DNA of 25,025 bases from Myxococcota bacterium. Its GTDB lineage: Bacteria; Myxococcota; SpSt-1050. The position numbers and the translations under genes are program-made. Within the stretch, counting starts at the first letter, position 1. Each line of letters opens with the position of its first letter. The DNA is taken from positions 1-25,025 of the forward strand of contig JBMFOP010000049.1 in the NCBI GenBank assembly GCA_049969675.1, read 5' to 3'. Below the pieces are notes generated by a model. It did no database searches. It was not told where the DNA came from and saw only the letters and a list, made by a program, of their open reading frames with translations. Shown here one piece after another: positions 1-8,877 of this stretch.

Positions 1-342
1 CGTCAATTGGCAACCAGTGAGGCACTTCAGAAACTTTTAAACGAAATCCAAAAAAACGAAGAGCGAAAAAAAGAGCAGGAAAAACTAAAATTAGACAGTC
101 TAACCTTTTATTTGCACAAAGAATTGGAATCAGTCGGCGTTAAAAATTCTATTGAAATCGGAAAGGAAATAAAACATATCCTGGAAGAATATGCTGATTG
201 GTATATAAGCGAAAAAGCAATGCGCGAAGCAAGATACAAAGTGACAATACAAATATACAAATCAATTGACGATCCTGATAGAGTCACGGCTCTTGTAGAA
301 CACATTTTTTCAATATTATCTAAATCAAGGCGAATACAATGA
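1..342 (+). CDS. hsdR: C-terminal part (5'-truncated by the window edge) of a probable type I restriction endonuclease subunit R
   Basis: Frame open from base 1. Helical, charged tail with W-x2-SE-x3-R resembling HsdR C-termini. ATGA overlap with a YgjP/M48-like gene, the usual neighbour of hsdR. No catalytic motifs are visible in the window. Confidence 0.6.
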   Translation, partial: RQLATSEALQKLLNEIQKNEERKKEQEKLKLDSLTFYLHKELESVGVKNSIEIGKEIKHILEEYADWYISEKAMREARYKVTIQIYKSIDDPDRVTALVEHIFSILSKSRRIQ

Positions 343-656
343 TAGCCTGGAAAGATAAAACCGATTTTAAAAATGCTGTCTTAGCCTGGGCTTCTCGGCT
401 GGAAATCAAAGTTGTCTCAATTTATTTACGTCCTATGAAAAATAAATGGGCATCCTTTTCTACAAATGGACATTTGAACTTCAATGGTGAGATTTTAAAA
501 ATGGATAGAAAATTAGGGGAATATGTGATTGTTCATGAACTTTTACACTTTCGGGTAGCCAATCACGGCCCACTCTGGAAAAGTTATATGAATATATATT
601 TGCCAGATTGGGAAGAACTTGACAGAGAATTGAAAGCACTCACAAAAAAGGTATAA
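339..656 (+). CDS. short YgjP/DUF45 (M48/SprT-like) zinc metallopeptidase-family protein
   Basis: MKNKWAS and EYVIVHELLH..NHGPLW..YLPDW match the YgjP-like HExxH family commonly found after hsdR. Confidence 0.8.
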   Translation: MIAWKDKTDFKNAVLAWASRLEIKVVSIYLRPMKNKWASFSTNGHLNFNGEILKMDRKLGEYVIVHELLHFRVANHGPLWKSYMNIYLPDWEELDRELKALTKKV

Positions 657-988
657 GTTTTACGAAAAATTGACCTAACCTTCAATTTTGGTATTGAAAA
701 ATAAAAGTTGAAGAGGCAATCAACCCATAGTACAAAAGCGCCTATGTGGTTTAGACTTTATACAATCTTTATCAATTAAAATGCCATCCATCTTAAATAC
801 CCTTCAATCTTATTTGCTCTACATCAGACATAATAGGCAAGCCTTAGAGAGTTCATTTTACAATTTAAATAAGTTCCAGTATAGTAAACCCGATAAGAAA
901 GCCCGGATGATTCTTAAACACCATCCAAACTATCATAATTTAATACGCTCAAAGAGTGGAACTTCACTTCTAACGGGGTAAAGAGATT

Positions 989-1154
989 ACAACTCAACAT
1001 CGCTACAAATTGCCCCCAACAACTAAATCCCTTTACCCCTTGATCAGCTTTCGTCTCATATACTGGGCTTGTAAAAATCACTCATTGAAAATATCTGTAG
1101 AATTTGCTTGCGCCAATCTGAGATTTATCCAAAAATGCTGTTATACTTATTCAT
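989..1154 (-). pseudogene. degraded N-terminal fragment of an IS4-family (DUF4372-type) transposase
   Basis: Manual minus-strand translation from ATG 1154 (GAGG upstream): MNKYNSIFG|QILQIFSMSDFYKP|VYETKADQGVKGFSCWGQFVAMLSC. Interrupted by a 21-bp stop-containing segment (1107-1127) and a 1-nt frameshift near 1065-1067. KGFSCW-x-QFVAML is characteristic of DUF4372 N-termini. Confidence 0.75.
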
Positions 1155-1474
1155 AGGAAGCCTCATTTCAGGTTCTTTGTTTGACAAATTAAATATAAGC
1201 AAGAAGAGTGGGTAAAGGTTTTATAGACCTTAAAATATCTAAGCAAATGAGAAGATTGGTAGAAAAACTACAAAAGCCTATTACTTAAGAATTGGGAAGT
1301 TTGTGCTCAATATCTTTGAGTCTTCCATTAAAAATTATTTTAGAAAGATGTGAAGTTTGTATAGTGTTTAATGAAAAATAATTTTTATTGAATTTGATGG
1401 ATTATGTGGTATTAGAGGGGATTGTATGAATTTTATAGTCTGGTGAATTATTAAAAAGTGATTATAATATTGTT

Positions 1475-2017
1475 GTGAGGTTCTATTTATACATCTCTCT
1501 TTTCCTTTATGCCTCTCTCCTCGGAGATTGTGCGACCAATCCAAAGTCAACTGGCTCTGAGTCACCAATTGTAAATATCAAATATATAAAGGTGGAAGAT
1601 GTAAAGGTATATGATATGCCGGATATTCTAAAAGAGTTTATAAAAAGCACACCGGAATATGCCGGGGCAAAACTGCTTGCAAATGAGATACTTGGAGATG
1701 CAGAGGTCAGGAAGAGGTTTGAGAACTTTGGCTACGCCCCTTATGTATTTGGCGATTTAAATAATGACGGGAAAGACGAATATGCATTTGTTATTATCAA
1801 TCGTGGAAAATCTATATTGCTGATTATTAAGAAGACAGTGACCGATGAGTTAAAAGAGGAATTTTCAATGAATCTTGATGTGCTGGCACAGATAAAGCTC
1901 TCAGATCCCTCTGTCGGTATCTTTGGTACTCCCTGTGTAATCGTTACAAGTGTCAATATGAAGGCTGTTCATAATGTCTGCTGGGATGGGATGAAATATA
2001 TCTCTGTGGACTATTGA
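1475..2017 (+). CDS. exported/lipoprotein-like hypothetical protein with one FG-GAP-like Ca-binding loop
   Basis: 180-aa ORF with GTG start, hydrophobic N-terminus ending LLGDC (imperfect lipobox) and a GDLNNDGKDE motif. Confidence 0.65.
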   Translation: MRFYLYISLFLYASLLGDCATNPKSTGSESPIVNIKYIKVEDVKVYDMPDILKEFIKSTPEYAGAKLLANEILGDAEVRKRFENFGYAPYVFGDLNNDGKDEYAFVIINRGKSILLIIKKTVTDELKEEFSMNLDVLAQIKLSDPSVGIFGTPCVIVTSVNMKAVHNVCWDGMKYISVDY

Positions 2018-2019
2018 TT

Positions 2020-2826
2020 TTATCTAAAGAGTACGGCATTCATCAGATCAAGAGGGCATCTGTACAACTTAAACTCTTTTGTAAATATCAACTCCTCTTT
2101 ATTTGCATCGGGATATCTGATACATCCATCCTTCCCTCTGTATATTAAGAATGTATCAATGGCGGAGTTAAGCCAGTAATATATGTATGAATCTGTGCAA
2201 CTCTCTCCAATCTTACTATTATTTACAAAGATAATGTCATATTTATTTGCAAATTTAAAGTCGCTCCCGAATCCAAGCCTGGCGATTTCGCCTGTCTTTG
2301 TCCCAAAGAGATATCCGCCGGCTCTCTTACTGGCAAATAGTAATAATGAGTTGTCCGTGGAGAGGCTCTGTATCTCAATATCTCCGAGTATGGGGGCTAT
2401 CTCTCTCTCTTTGCCATCTATAGTGCAGAAGATCTTACCATTCCTGTTCTGGCAGGGCTCCTCCTTCTCTTTAATCTTTGCCATAGTAGAGGGTGAATAT
2501 ATGTCAATCTCAGATAGCATACCCCTATTGTAAAACAGTTCAAATTGCAGATTCTTTATTGAAGTCTGTTTTACACTCTCAGTTAGAACCCGAGAATAAT
2601 ATATCTGGACGAGTTTCTTGTTGTGAATATCATATCTGAATATCCCATTTCCACCCTCTCCAATGAGAAACAGATTGTTTGAAATAAAGCTGTCAAAGAA
2701 CGCTCGTTCAATTCTTATATTCTTTGGGAGTTTTATATCCCACTCTTTACATACAGGCTCTGCATATATCAGGCCTGATATGTAAAACATCACACACAAG
2801 ACGATTACACTGGCTCTCTCTCTCAT
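2020..2826 (-). CDS. exported hypothetical protein, possibly beta-propeller-like
   Basis: 268-aa ORF with a signal-peptide-like N-terminus (..LIYA|EP), beta-strand-rich, starting 3 bp after the glmS stop. The fold is a guess. Confidence 0.6.
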   Translation of the reverse strand: MRERASVIVLCVMFYISGLIYAEPVCKEWDIKLPKNIRIERAFFDSFISNNLFLIGEGGNGIFRYDIHNKKLVQIYYSRVLTESVKQTSIKNLQFELFYNRGMLSEIDIYSPSTMAKIKEKEEPCQNRNGKIFCTIDGKEREIAPILGDIEIQSLSTDNSLLLFASKRAGGYLFGTKTGEIARLGFGSDFKFANKYDIIFVNNSKIGESCTDSYIYYWLNSAIDTFLIYRGKDGCIRYPDANKEELIFTKEFKLYRCPLDLMNAVLFR

Positions 2827-2829
2827 TTC

Positions 2830-4653
2830 CTATTCTACTGTAACACTCTTGGCTAAATTTCGGGGCTGGTCCACATCGGTCCCTTTCATATCGGCTATAT
2901 GATATGCGAGGAGTTGCAATGGGAGACTATTGATAAATGGCTGGAAATACTCATCCACATCCTCAACCGCTATAGTAAAGTCCAGAAGTCTCTCTGTCTC
3001 CTCATCCCCCTTTGTGATGATGCCTATCAAAATCCCACCCCTTGATTTTGCCTCCAGTATGTTGGAGATAATCTTCTTGAGGTTACTCCCTTTGTTGGCA
3101 ATTACGAGGACAGGTACATCTTCATCTATAAGTGCAATCGGTCCGTGCTTCATCTCGCCAGCTGCATATCCCTCGGCGTGAATGTAGGAAATTTCTTTCA
3201 GTTTGAGTGCTCCTTCAAGCGCCACAGGGAAATTTATCCCTCTCCCGAGGTAGATAAAGTCCTTTGACCTGATGAACCTGGAGGAGATATCCTTAATCTG
3301 CGGCTCAATAGAGAGCGTCTCTTTGAGTAGCAGTGGCATTTTATAAAATGATTCTGCAAATCGCCTCCTCTCTTCTTCTGAGATTACCCCTCTCTCAACA
3401 CCAAATCTGATTGCAAGCATTAAAAGGAGCTCTGTCTGTGCAATAAATGCCTTTGTGGAAGCCACCCCAATCTCAATCCCCGCCCTTGTATAAATTACAC
3501 TATCCGAAAGTCGGGCAATTGATGAATTCATTACATTACATATAGCAAGGGTCTTTATTCCCTTCTCCTTTACATCTTTTAGTGCCCCCAGTGTATCTGC
3601 GGTCTCTCCTGATTGTGAGATAAATATTGCAAGTTCATCCCCTTTTAGTACTGGATTGCGGTATCTGAATTCGCTCGCAAATTCTGCCTCGGCTGGGATC
3701 CTGGATATCTGCTCAAAGAAGTATTTCCCAAGCAGCCCCGCGTGATATGATGTCCCGCAGGCGACTATGACTATTCTATTGAATTGAGATGTATCAGGTA
3801 TCACCTCCGAGCCCAGGAAGTTGTACTCCTCCCTTTTAATTCTACCAAGCATCGTATCGGTAAAGACCTTGGGAGATTCAAAGATCTCCTTATGCATAAA
3901 GTGTTTATGTCCCTCTTTCTCCGCGACTATGGGGCTCATATCAATAGTCTTGATCTCAGGGGTGATTCTTTTGCCATCGTTTATATCAAATATTTCAATT
4001 CGGTCCCTGTATACCTTTGCAATCTGATTCTCCAGGAGGGTGATTATCTTTCTGGTGTATGGGAGGATTGCAGGGATATCGGATGCCACAAAGTTTTCCT
4101 GCTCGCCAACCCCTATTATCAGTGGGGAGAAGTTCTTTGCAACCACAAGATAGTTGGGCTCTCTCTCACTTATTACGGCTATGGCATAAGCCCCTTCTAG
4201 CTGCTTTATTGCATCAAAAACAGAAGTAAAAAGGTCATTACCTCTCCTCTTTGCCTCGTCTATTAGATGAGATATCACCTCTGTATCAGTCTCGGAGGTG
4301 AATATGCTCCCCTGCTCAATCAATCTCTTCCTGAGTATTGCATAATTCTCTATGATTCCGTTGTGGACAACTGCAATACCATTTACCATATGTGGGTGTG
4401 CGTTATTCTCTGTTGGTTTGCCGTGAGTTGCCCATCTTGTATGTCCGATGCCCACATTCCCTGATATTTTCTCGTTCAGGACAATATTCTCAAGAGTGCT
4501 GATCTTCCCAACTGACCTGAATATCCTCAGCCCCTTCCCATCAAATATGGCAACTCCGGCGGAGTCATAACCCCTATATTCCAGACGTTTTAAGCCATCA
4601 ATGAGGATATTCTTTGCCTCTCTATCTCCAATATATCCCATTATCCCGCACAT
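2830..4653 (-). CDS. glmS: glutamine--fructose-6-phosphate aminotransferase
   Basis: MCGI N-terminal nucleophile, LEYRGYDSAG, GHTRWATHG, SQSGETADT, GEMKHGPIAL, C-terminal PRNLAKSVTVE. Confidence 0.99.
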   Translation of the reverse strand: MCGIMGYIGDREAKNILIDGLKRLEYRGYDSAGVAIFDGKGLRIFRSVGKISTLENIVLNEKISGNVGIGHTRWATHGKPTENNAHPHMVNGIAVVHNGIIENYAILRKRLIEQGSIFTSETDTEVISHLIDEAKRRGNDLFTSVFDAIKQLEGAYAIAVISEREPNYLVVAKNFSPLIIGVGEQENFVASDIPAILPYTRKIITLLENQIAKVYRDRIEIFDINDGKRITPEIKTIDMSPIVAEKEGHKHFMHKEIFESPKVFTDTMLGRIKREEYNFLGSEVIPDTSQFNRIVIVACGTSYHAGLLGKYFFEQISRIPAEAEFASEFRYRNPVLKGDELAIFISQSGETADTLGALKDVKEKGIKTLAICNVMNSSIARLSDSVIYTRAGIEIGVASTKAFIAQTELLLMLAIRFGVERGVISEEERRRFAESFYKMPLLLKETLSIEPQIKDISSRFIRSKDFIYLGRGINFPVALEGALKLKEISYIHAEGYAAGEMKHGPIALIDEDVPVLVIANKGSNLKKIISNILEAKSRGGILIGIITKGDEETERLLDFTIAVEDVDEYFQPFINSLPLQLLAYHIADMKGTDVDQPRNLAKSVTVE

Positions 4654-5462
4654 CTGTCCTTCTCCGATTTTTTAAATTTGATATCAAGATTTACATCTGT
4701 ATCCATAATGAGCCTTTTTAATCTCAAAACTTTATTTTCAACAAAATCCTCTGGCAGAGTTAACTCAAATAGCCTCCCTAAAATCTCTACATTGAGATGT
4801 CTGTCATCTGTGCCTGTGGGCAGTATGAGACCAAGTGTAATACCACTTCTGGAGATTGATAGATTCTCCTTTTTAGGCTTGATGTTGAGCAATATTCTCT
4901 TATGTAAAATACCTCTTCTGCCTCGCTGAACTGCCCTGACTCTTCCCTTTATAGAGGATAGTGATTGAATCCTTATTTGCTCTTTTCTATATATAATTAT
5001 CTTTCCACTCCCCATACATCTTTTGCAATTCTTATTGAAACCGAAACAATTTGGACAGTCTATAGTCTCCCTGATAACTATCTGTTTCTCTGTATCTCTT
5101 GGAATCTCCCCCTCTTCTATAGATACATCTACCGGGATGGTGTAAAGGTTTAATAATATCTCCTTTAGTTCTAAGGCTGCGTCTTTTAATTTGAGTTGCA
5201 AAAGAGACTTAATAATGGGAGAAAAGGTATTAATAAATCCATAGAGCCTCCTTGAAATGAAGGATCTGTCATATAAAAATCTCTTTCCGGGATCTGCGAG
5301 GACAGAGTAGGCGTATGTAATCTTCTTAAAGAACTCTTCTGCGTACTCTTCTTTATTTATATCGGGGTGATATGTCCTTGCGAGTCTCTTATATGCCTTC
5401 TTTATCTCCTCTGTGCTGCTATAAGGGGAGACGCCTAATATCTCATAGAGATTCTGGTTCAT
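4641..5462 (-). CDS. DnaJ-family co-chaperone (J domain plus reduced zinc finger)
   Basis: YEILGV..IKKAYKRLARTYHPD J domain. Only two CxxC motifs (CPNCFG, CKRCMGSG). Lies directly after dnaK. Confidence 0.85.
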   Translation of the reverse strand: MNQNLYEILGVSPYSSTEEIKKAYKRLARTYHPDINKEEYAEEFFKKITYAYSVLADPGKRFLYDRSFISRRLYGFINTFSPIIKSLLQLKLKDAALELKEILLNLYTIPVDVSIEEGEIPRDTEKQIVIRETIDCPNCFGFNKNCKRCMGSGKIIIYRKEQIRIQSLSSIKGRVRAVQRGRRGILHKRILLNIKPKKENLSISRSGITLGLILPTGTDDRHLNVEILGRLFELTLPEDFVENKVLRLKRLIMDTDVNLDIKFKKSEKDRCAG

Positions 5463-5470
5463 ATTAAAGA

Positions 5471-7288
5471 TTAACTCTTCTCTCTTGGCCCGGAGTATAT
5501 GGTCTCCGCAATCTTATATGCCGCCTTCTCAAATTCTGTATAGAGAGATTTTATCTTATCAAGGTCATTTGATTCCAGTAGAGATTCTATCTCTGTAATT
5601 TTGGCTAAAAGTTCATGACGAATCTCATCTGTAATCTTATCTGAAAACTCGTCAAGGGATTTTTTTACTGAGTAGATAAGCCCCTCGGCATTATTCTTTA
5701 TATCCACGAGCTCTTTGCGTTTTTTATCCTCTTCTCTATATTGCTCGGCTTCTGATATCATCCTCTGAATCTCCTCCTGAGTAAGACCGGTGGAGGGCAT
5801 AATTCGCATTGACTGGGCTTTATTGGTCCCTAAGTCCTTGGCGGTTACATTTACAATTCCGTTTGAATCTATATCAAAAGTAACCTCAATCTGGGGGACC
5901 CCTCTTGGGGCAGGCGGAATACCTATCAGTTGAAATCTCCCAAGGCTCTTATTGTCCTTTGCCAGCTCTCTCTCACCCTGAAGTATATGCACCTCTACAA
6001 AGTTCTGATTGTCCTGGGCGGTTGAGAATATCATTGATTTTTTTGCGGGGATGGTTGTATTTCGCTCTATAATCTTTGTAAAGACGCCGCCAGCTGTCTC
6101 CACTCCGAGGGAGAGGGGTGTTACATCCAGGAGGAGGACATCTTTAACCCCTCCCTGAAGGACAGCGCCCTGAATTGCCGCCCCTACTGCAACCACCTCG
6201 TCAGGGTTGATATCCTCTCTCGGGGTCTTACCGAAAATCTCCTGTACCTTTTGCTTTACTCGTGGCATACGGGTCATACCGCCCACCAGAATAATCTCAT
6301 CTATCTGTTCAAATGTAATTCCAGCATCGGAGACCGCCTTTTTACAGGGTTCTACTAACTTCTCTATGAGGTCAGAGACCATATTTTCAAACTGCTCCCT
6401 TGAGAGAGAGAGATTCAGGTGAAGTGGTCCGCTCTCTGATGAGCAAATAAATGGGAGTGTTATCTCTGTCTCCATAAGCGAGGAGAGTTCGTGTTTTGCC
6501 TTCTCTGCTGCCTCTTTGATTCTCTGCAGGGCAATCTTATCATCCGAGAGATCTATATTGTTCTCTTTCTTAAAAGATTCCAGAATATATTGCATTATCC
6601 TTCTATCAAAATCCTCTCCACCTAAAAATGTATTTCCATTTGTAGATTTTACTTCGTAGACACCATCTTCTATAGAGAGAATTGTGATATCAAAGGTACC
6701 ACCGCCGAGGTCAAATATGGCTATTGTACCCCTTCCCTGCTTCTCCACTCCGTAGGCAAGTGCAGCGGCTGTAGGTTCATTTATAACTCTTAGAACTTCC
6801 ATTCCAGATATCTGTCCTGCCACCTTTGTAGCCTGTCTCTGTGCATCATTAAAATAAGCGGGACAGGTAATTATTGCCTCTTTTATCTCCTCTCCTAAAT
6901 ATTCCTCCGCATACTGCTTCATCATTGAAAGAATCATCGCCGAAATCTCTGGCGGAGAGTACCTCTTCCCTCTTACTTCTACCCAGGCATCTCCATTATC
7001 AGATGGGACGATAGTGTACGGGACGAGCCTTCTGATCTCCTCCACCTCAGGGTCGTTAAACTTGCGTCCCATAAGCCGCTTGATGGCATAGATGGTGTTT
7101 TCTGGATTTGTAATAGCCTGTCTCTTGGCGATCTGACCAATTAGCCTATCTCCCATCTCACTGAAAGCCACAATAGATGGTGTGGTCCTTCCACCTTCGT
7201 TATTTGGGATGACCACAAATTCCTTCCCCTCTACAATGGCAACACAGGAGTTGGTGGTTCCTAAATCAATACCGATTATCTTACCCAT
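5471..7288 (-). CDS. dnaK: molecular chaperone DnaK (Hsp70)
   Basis: [64 protein letters not shown]. Confidence 0.99.
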   Translation of the reverse strand: MGKIIGIDLGTTNSCVAIVEGKEFVVIPNNEGGRTTPSIVAFSEMGDRLIGQIAKRQAITNPENTIYAIKRLMGRKFNDPEVEEIRRLVPYTIVPSDNGDAWVEVRGKRYSPPEISAMILSMMKQYAEEYLGEEIKEAIITCPAYFNDAQRQATKVAGQISGMEVLRVINEPTAAALAYGVEKQGRGTIAIFDLGGGTFDITILSIEDGVYEVKSTNGNTFLGGEDFDRRIMQYILESFKKENNIDLSDDKIALQRIKEAAEKAKHELSSLMETEITLPFICSSESGPLHLNLSLSREQFENMVSDLIEKLVEPCKKAVSDAGITFEQIDEIILVGGMTRMPRVKQKVQEIFGKTPREDINPDEVVAVGAAIQGAVLQGGVKDVLLLDVTPLSLGVETAGGVFTKIIERNTTIPAKKSMIFSTAQDNQNFVEVHILQGERELAKDNKSLGRFQLIGIPPAPRGVPQIEVTFDIDSNGIVNVTAKDLGTNKAQSMRIMPSTGLTQEEIQRMISEAEQYREEDKKRKELVDIKNNAEGLIYSVKKSLDEFSDKITDEIRHELLAKITEIESLLESNDLDKIKSLYTEFEKAAYKIAETIYSGPREKS

Positions 7289-7296
7289 ATAACCCC

Positions 7297-8040
7297 CTAT
7301 TTTTCCTCATTGTCTTCTTCTATCTTTGGTTCTGCAATGCATTTATGCTCTGGCGCTTCTTCCACCTTCTTCTGAGTCTCTACCACTGCTGGCTTTCCTT
7401 TTGAGACCACTACGAGCGCAGGTCTCAGGAGCCTGTCTCTTAGCATATATCCCTTCCTTTCAACCCTTATGATGTGTCCGGAAGGGACAGACTCACTCTC
7501 CTCAATCCCGATTGCCTCGTGAAAATTCGGGTCAAATGTGGTATTCTCCACATTCAGTTGTGTTACTCCAAAACGCTTGAGTGTCTCTATAAATCCTTTA
7601 ACGGTTATCTCAAACCCTTTTATAACATCTTCATTTTTAGATGCTGCCTGCTGGCTATGAAGTAGTGTCAGTTCCAGATTGTCTGCCGTATCCAGCAGCT
7701 CTTTTAATATCTGTTCATTGGAATACTTAATAAGCTCTTCCTTCTCTTTTGCTATACGCTTTTTATAGTTTTCAAAATCTGCTGCAACCCTATATAACAT
7801 CTCCTTTGTCTCTTTGAGTTCATTCTCCAGCCTCTGATATTCTTCAAGCGGAATAGATTTTGGGGTAATTTCGCCTTTTGAACCGTCTTCCTCCGTATTC
7901 CAGTCTTTTGATTCAAAGTGTTCAAATTTAATGGAATCCTTTAAAGGCTCTTCGGGGAGAGCCTCTTCCTCTCTTAATTTCTCCTCTAAGGAATCCTCTT
8001 CATTTTTAACCTTCTTGTTGTTTTCTTCGCTCATAACCAT
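7297..8040 (-). CDS. grpE: nucleotide exchange factor GrpE
   Basis: [34 protein letters not shown]; immediately upstream of dnaK. Confidence 0.97.
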   Translation of the reverse strand: MVMSEENNKKVKNEEDSLEEKLREEEALPEEPLKDSIKFEHFESKDWNTEEDGSKGEITPKSIPLEEYQRLENELKETKEMLYRVAADFENYKKRIAKEKEELIKYSNEQILKELLDTADNLELTLLHSQQAASKNEDVIKGFEITVKGFIETLKRFGVTQLNVENTTFDPNFHEAIGIEESESVPSGHIIRVERKGYMLRDRLLRPALVVVSKGKPAVVETQKKVEEAPEHKCIAEPKIEEDNEEK

Positions 8041-8067
8041 CCTTATTGCATAATTAAACCAGCATAT

Positions 8068-8095
8068 AATTTAATTGTAAAAATAATAAAGTCAA
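8068..8095 (-). promoter_or_regulatory. candidate sigma-70-type promoter of the grpE-dnaK operon
   Basis: Minus strand TTGACT-N16-TAAATT about 30 bp upstream of the grpE start. The region is AT-rich, so a chance match is possible. Confidence 0.4.
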
Positions 8096-8226
8096 GAATT
8101 TTACGATAGGATGATACAATCCCTTTATAATACAAAATTTATATTGAATACATTTTTGCTTGAATAGTAGATTCTTTGTGATAGTAAAAATCTTCGCTGT
8201 GTTGGTCAATATTTATATCAATCTAA

Positions 8227-8286
8227 TGCCGTCTGTTCTGAGAGCAAGAATCAAAGCGGGGCAGAATATCTCTCAGACAGGCGGTA
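8227..8286 (+). promoter_or_regulatory. long stem-loop in the leader of the por operon
   Basis: TGCCGTCTGTTCTGAGAG (8227-8244) pairs with CTCTCAGACAGGCGGTA (8270-8286) with one bulge and two G-U pairs; 25-nt loop; ends 22 nt before the porC ATG. Confidence 0.55.
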
Positions 8287-8308
8287 ATGATCAAAAGAAG
8301 GTGAGAAT

Positions 8309-8866
8309 ATGGTAGAGATTAGATTTCATGGAAGAGGAGGTCAGGGAGCCGTAATAGCATCAAAGATACTTGCTATGGCATTCTTTGCTGAGGGGCATTA
8401 TGTTCAGTCATTCCCTCTTTTCGGAGTGGAGCGAAGAGGTGCACCGGTGGCGGCATTTACAAGAGTTGACACAAAGCCGGTGAGACTGAAGTGCAATATC
8501 TATACCCCGGACTGCATAATCGTTCTGGACCCCACACTTACAAAGACGGTAGATATTGCAGCCGGTCTAAAGGAGAACGGCACAATTCTGATAAACTCGG
8601 ATTCGTCACCAGAGGAGTATAAAGAGAAATATTCAAAATTTAAGATTGCCACCATAGATGCAGATGCTATTGCAAGGGAGTTCAGACTTGGGTCGGCAAC
8701 GAGCCCAATTATCAACACAGTTATTCTTGGAGCCTTTGCCGCTCAGACAAAGCTGGTCAAACTTGAGAGTATTCAGGATGGTATCAGGAAGGAGATACCT
8801 ATTAAGACAGAGGCAAATTGCGAGGCAGCAAAAAAGGCATATCAAAACATAAAAATTCTAAAGTGA
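8309..8866 (+). CDS. porC: pyruvate/2-oxoacid:ferredoxin oxidoreductase gamma subunit
   Basis: EIRFHGRGGQG, FGVERRGAPV.AFTR, NTVILGAF. Confidence 0.95.
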   Translation: MVEIRFHGRGGQGAVIASKILAMAFFAEGHYVQSFPLFGVERRGAPVAAFTRVDTKPVRLKCNIYTPDCIIVLDPTLTKTVDIAAGLKENGTILINSDSSPEEYKEKYSKFKIATIDADAIAREFRLGSATSPIINTVILGAFAAQTKLVKLESIQDGIRKEIPIKTEANCEAAKKAYQNIKILK

Positions 8867-8877
8867 GGAATTGGGAT

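Noticed and set aside
781..981. 66-aa plus-strand ORF
   Set aside because: No RBS or recognisable motif; lies in decayed DNA beside the IS relic.
4654..4900. glmS ribozyme
   Set aside because: The glmS start overlaps the dnaJ-like coding sequence, leaving no leader.
8041..8308. CIRCE heat-shock operator upstream of grpE
   Set aside because: No TTAGCACTC-N9-GAGTGCTAA match seen.
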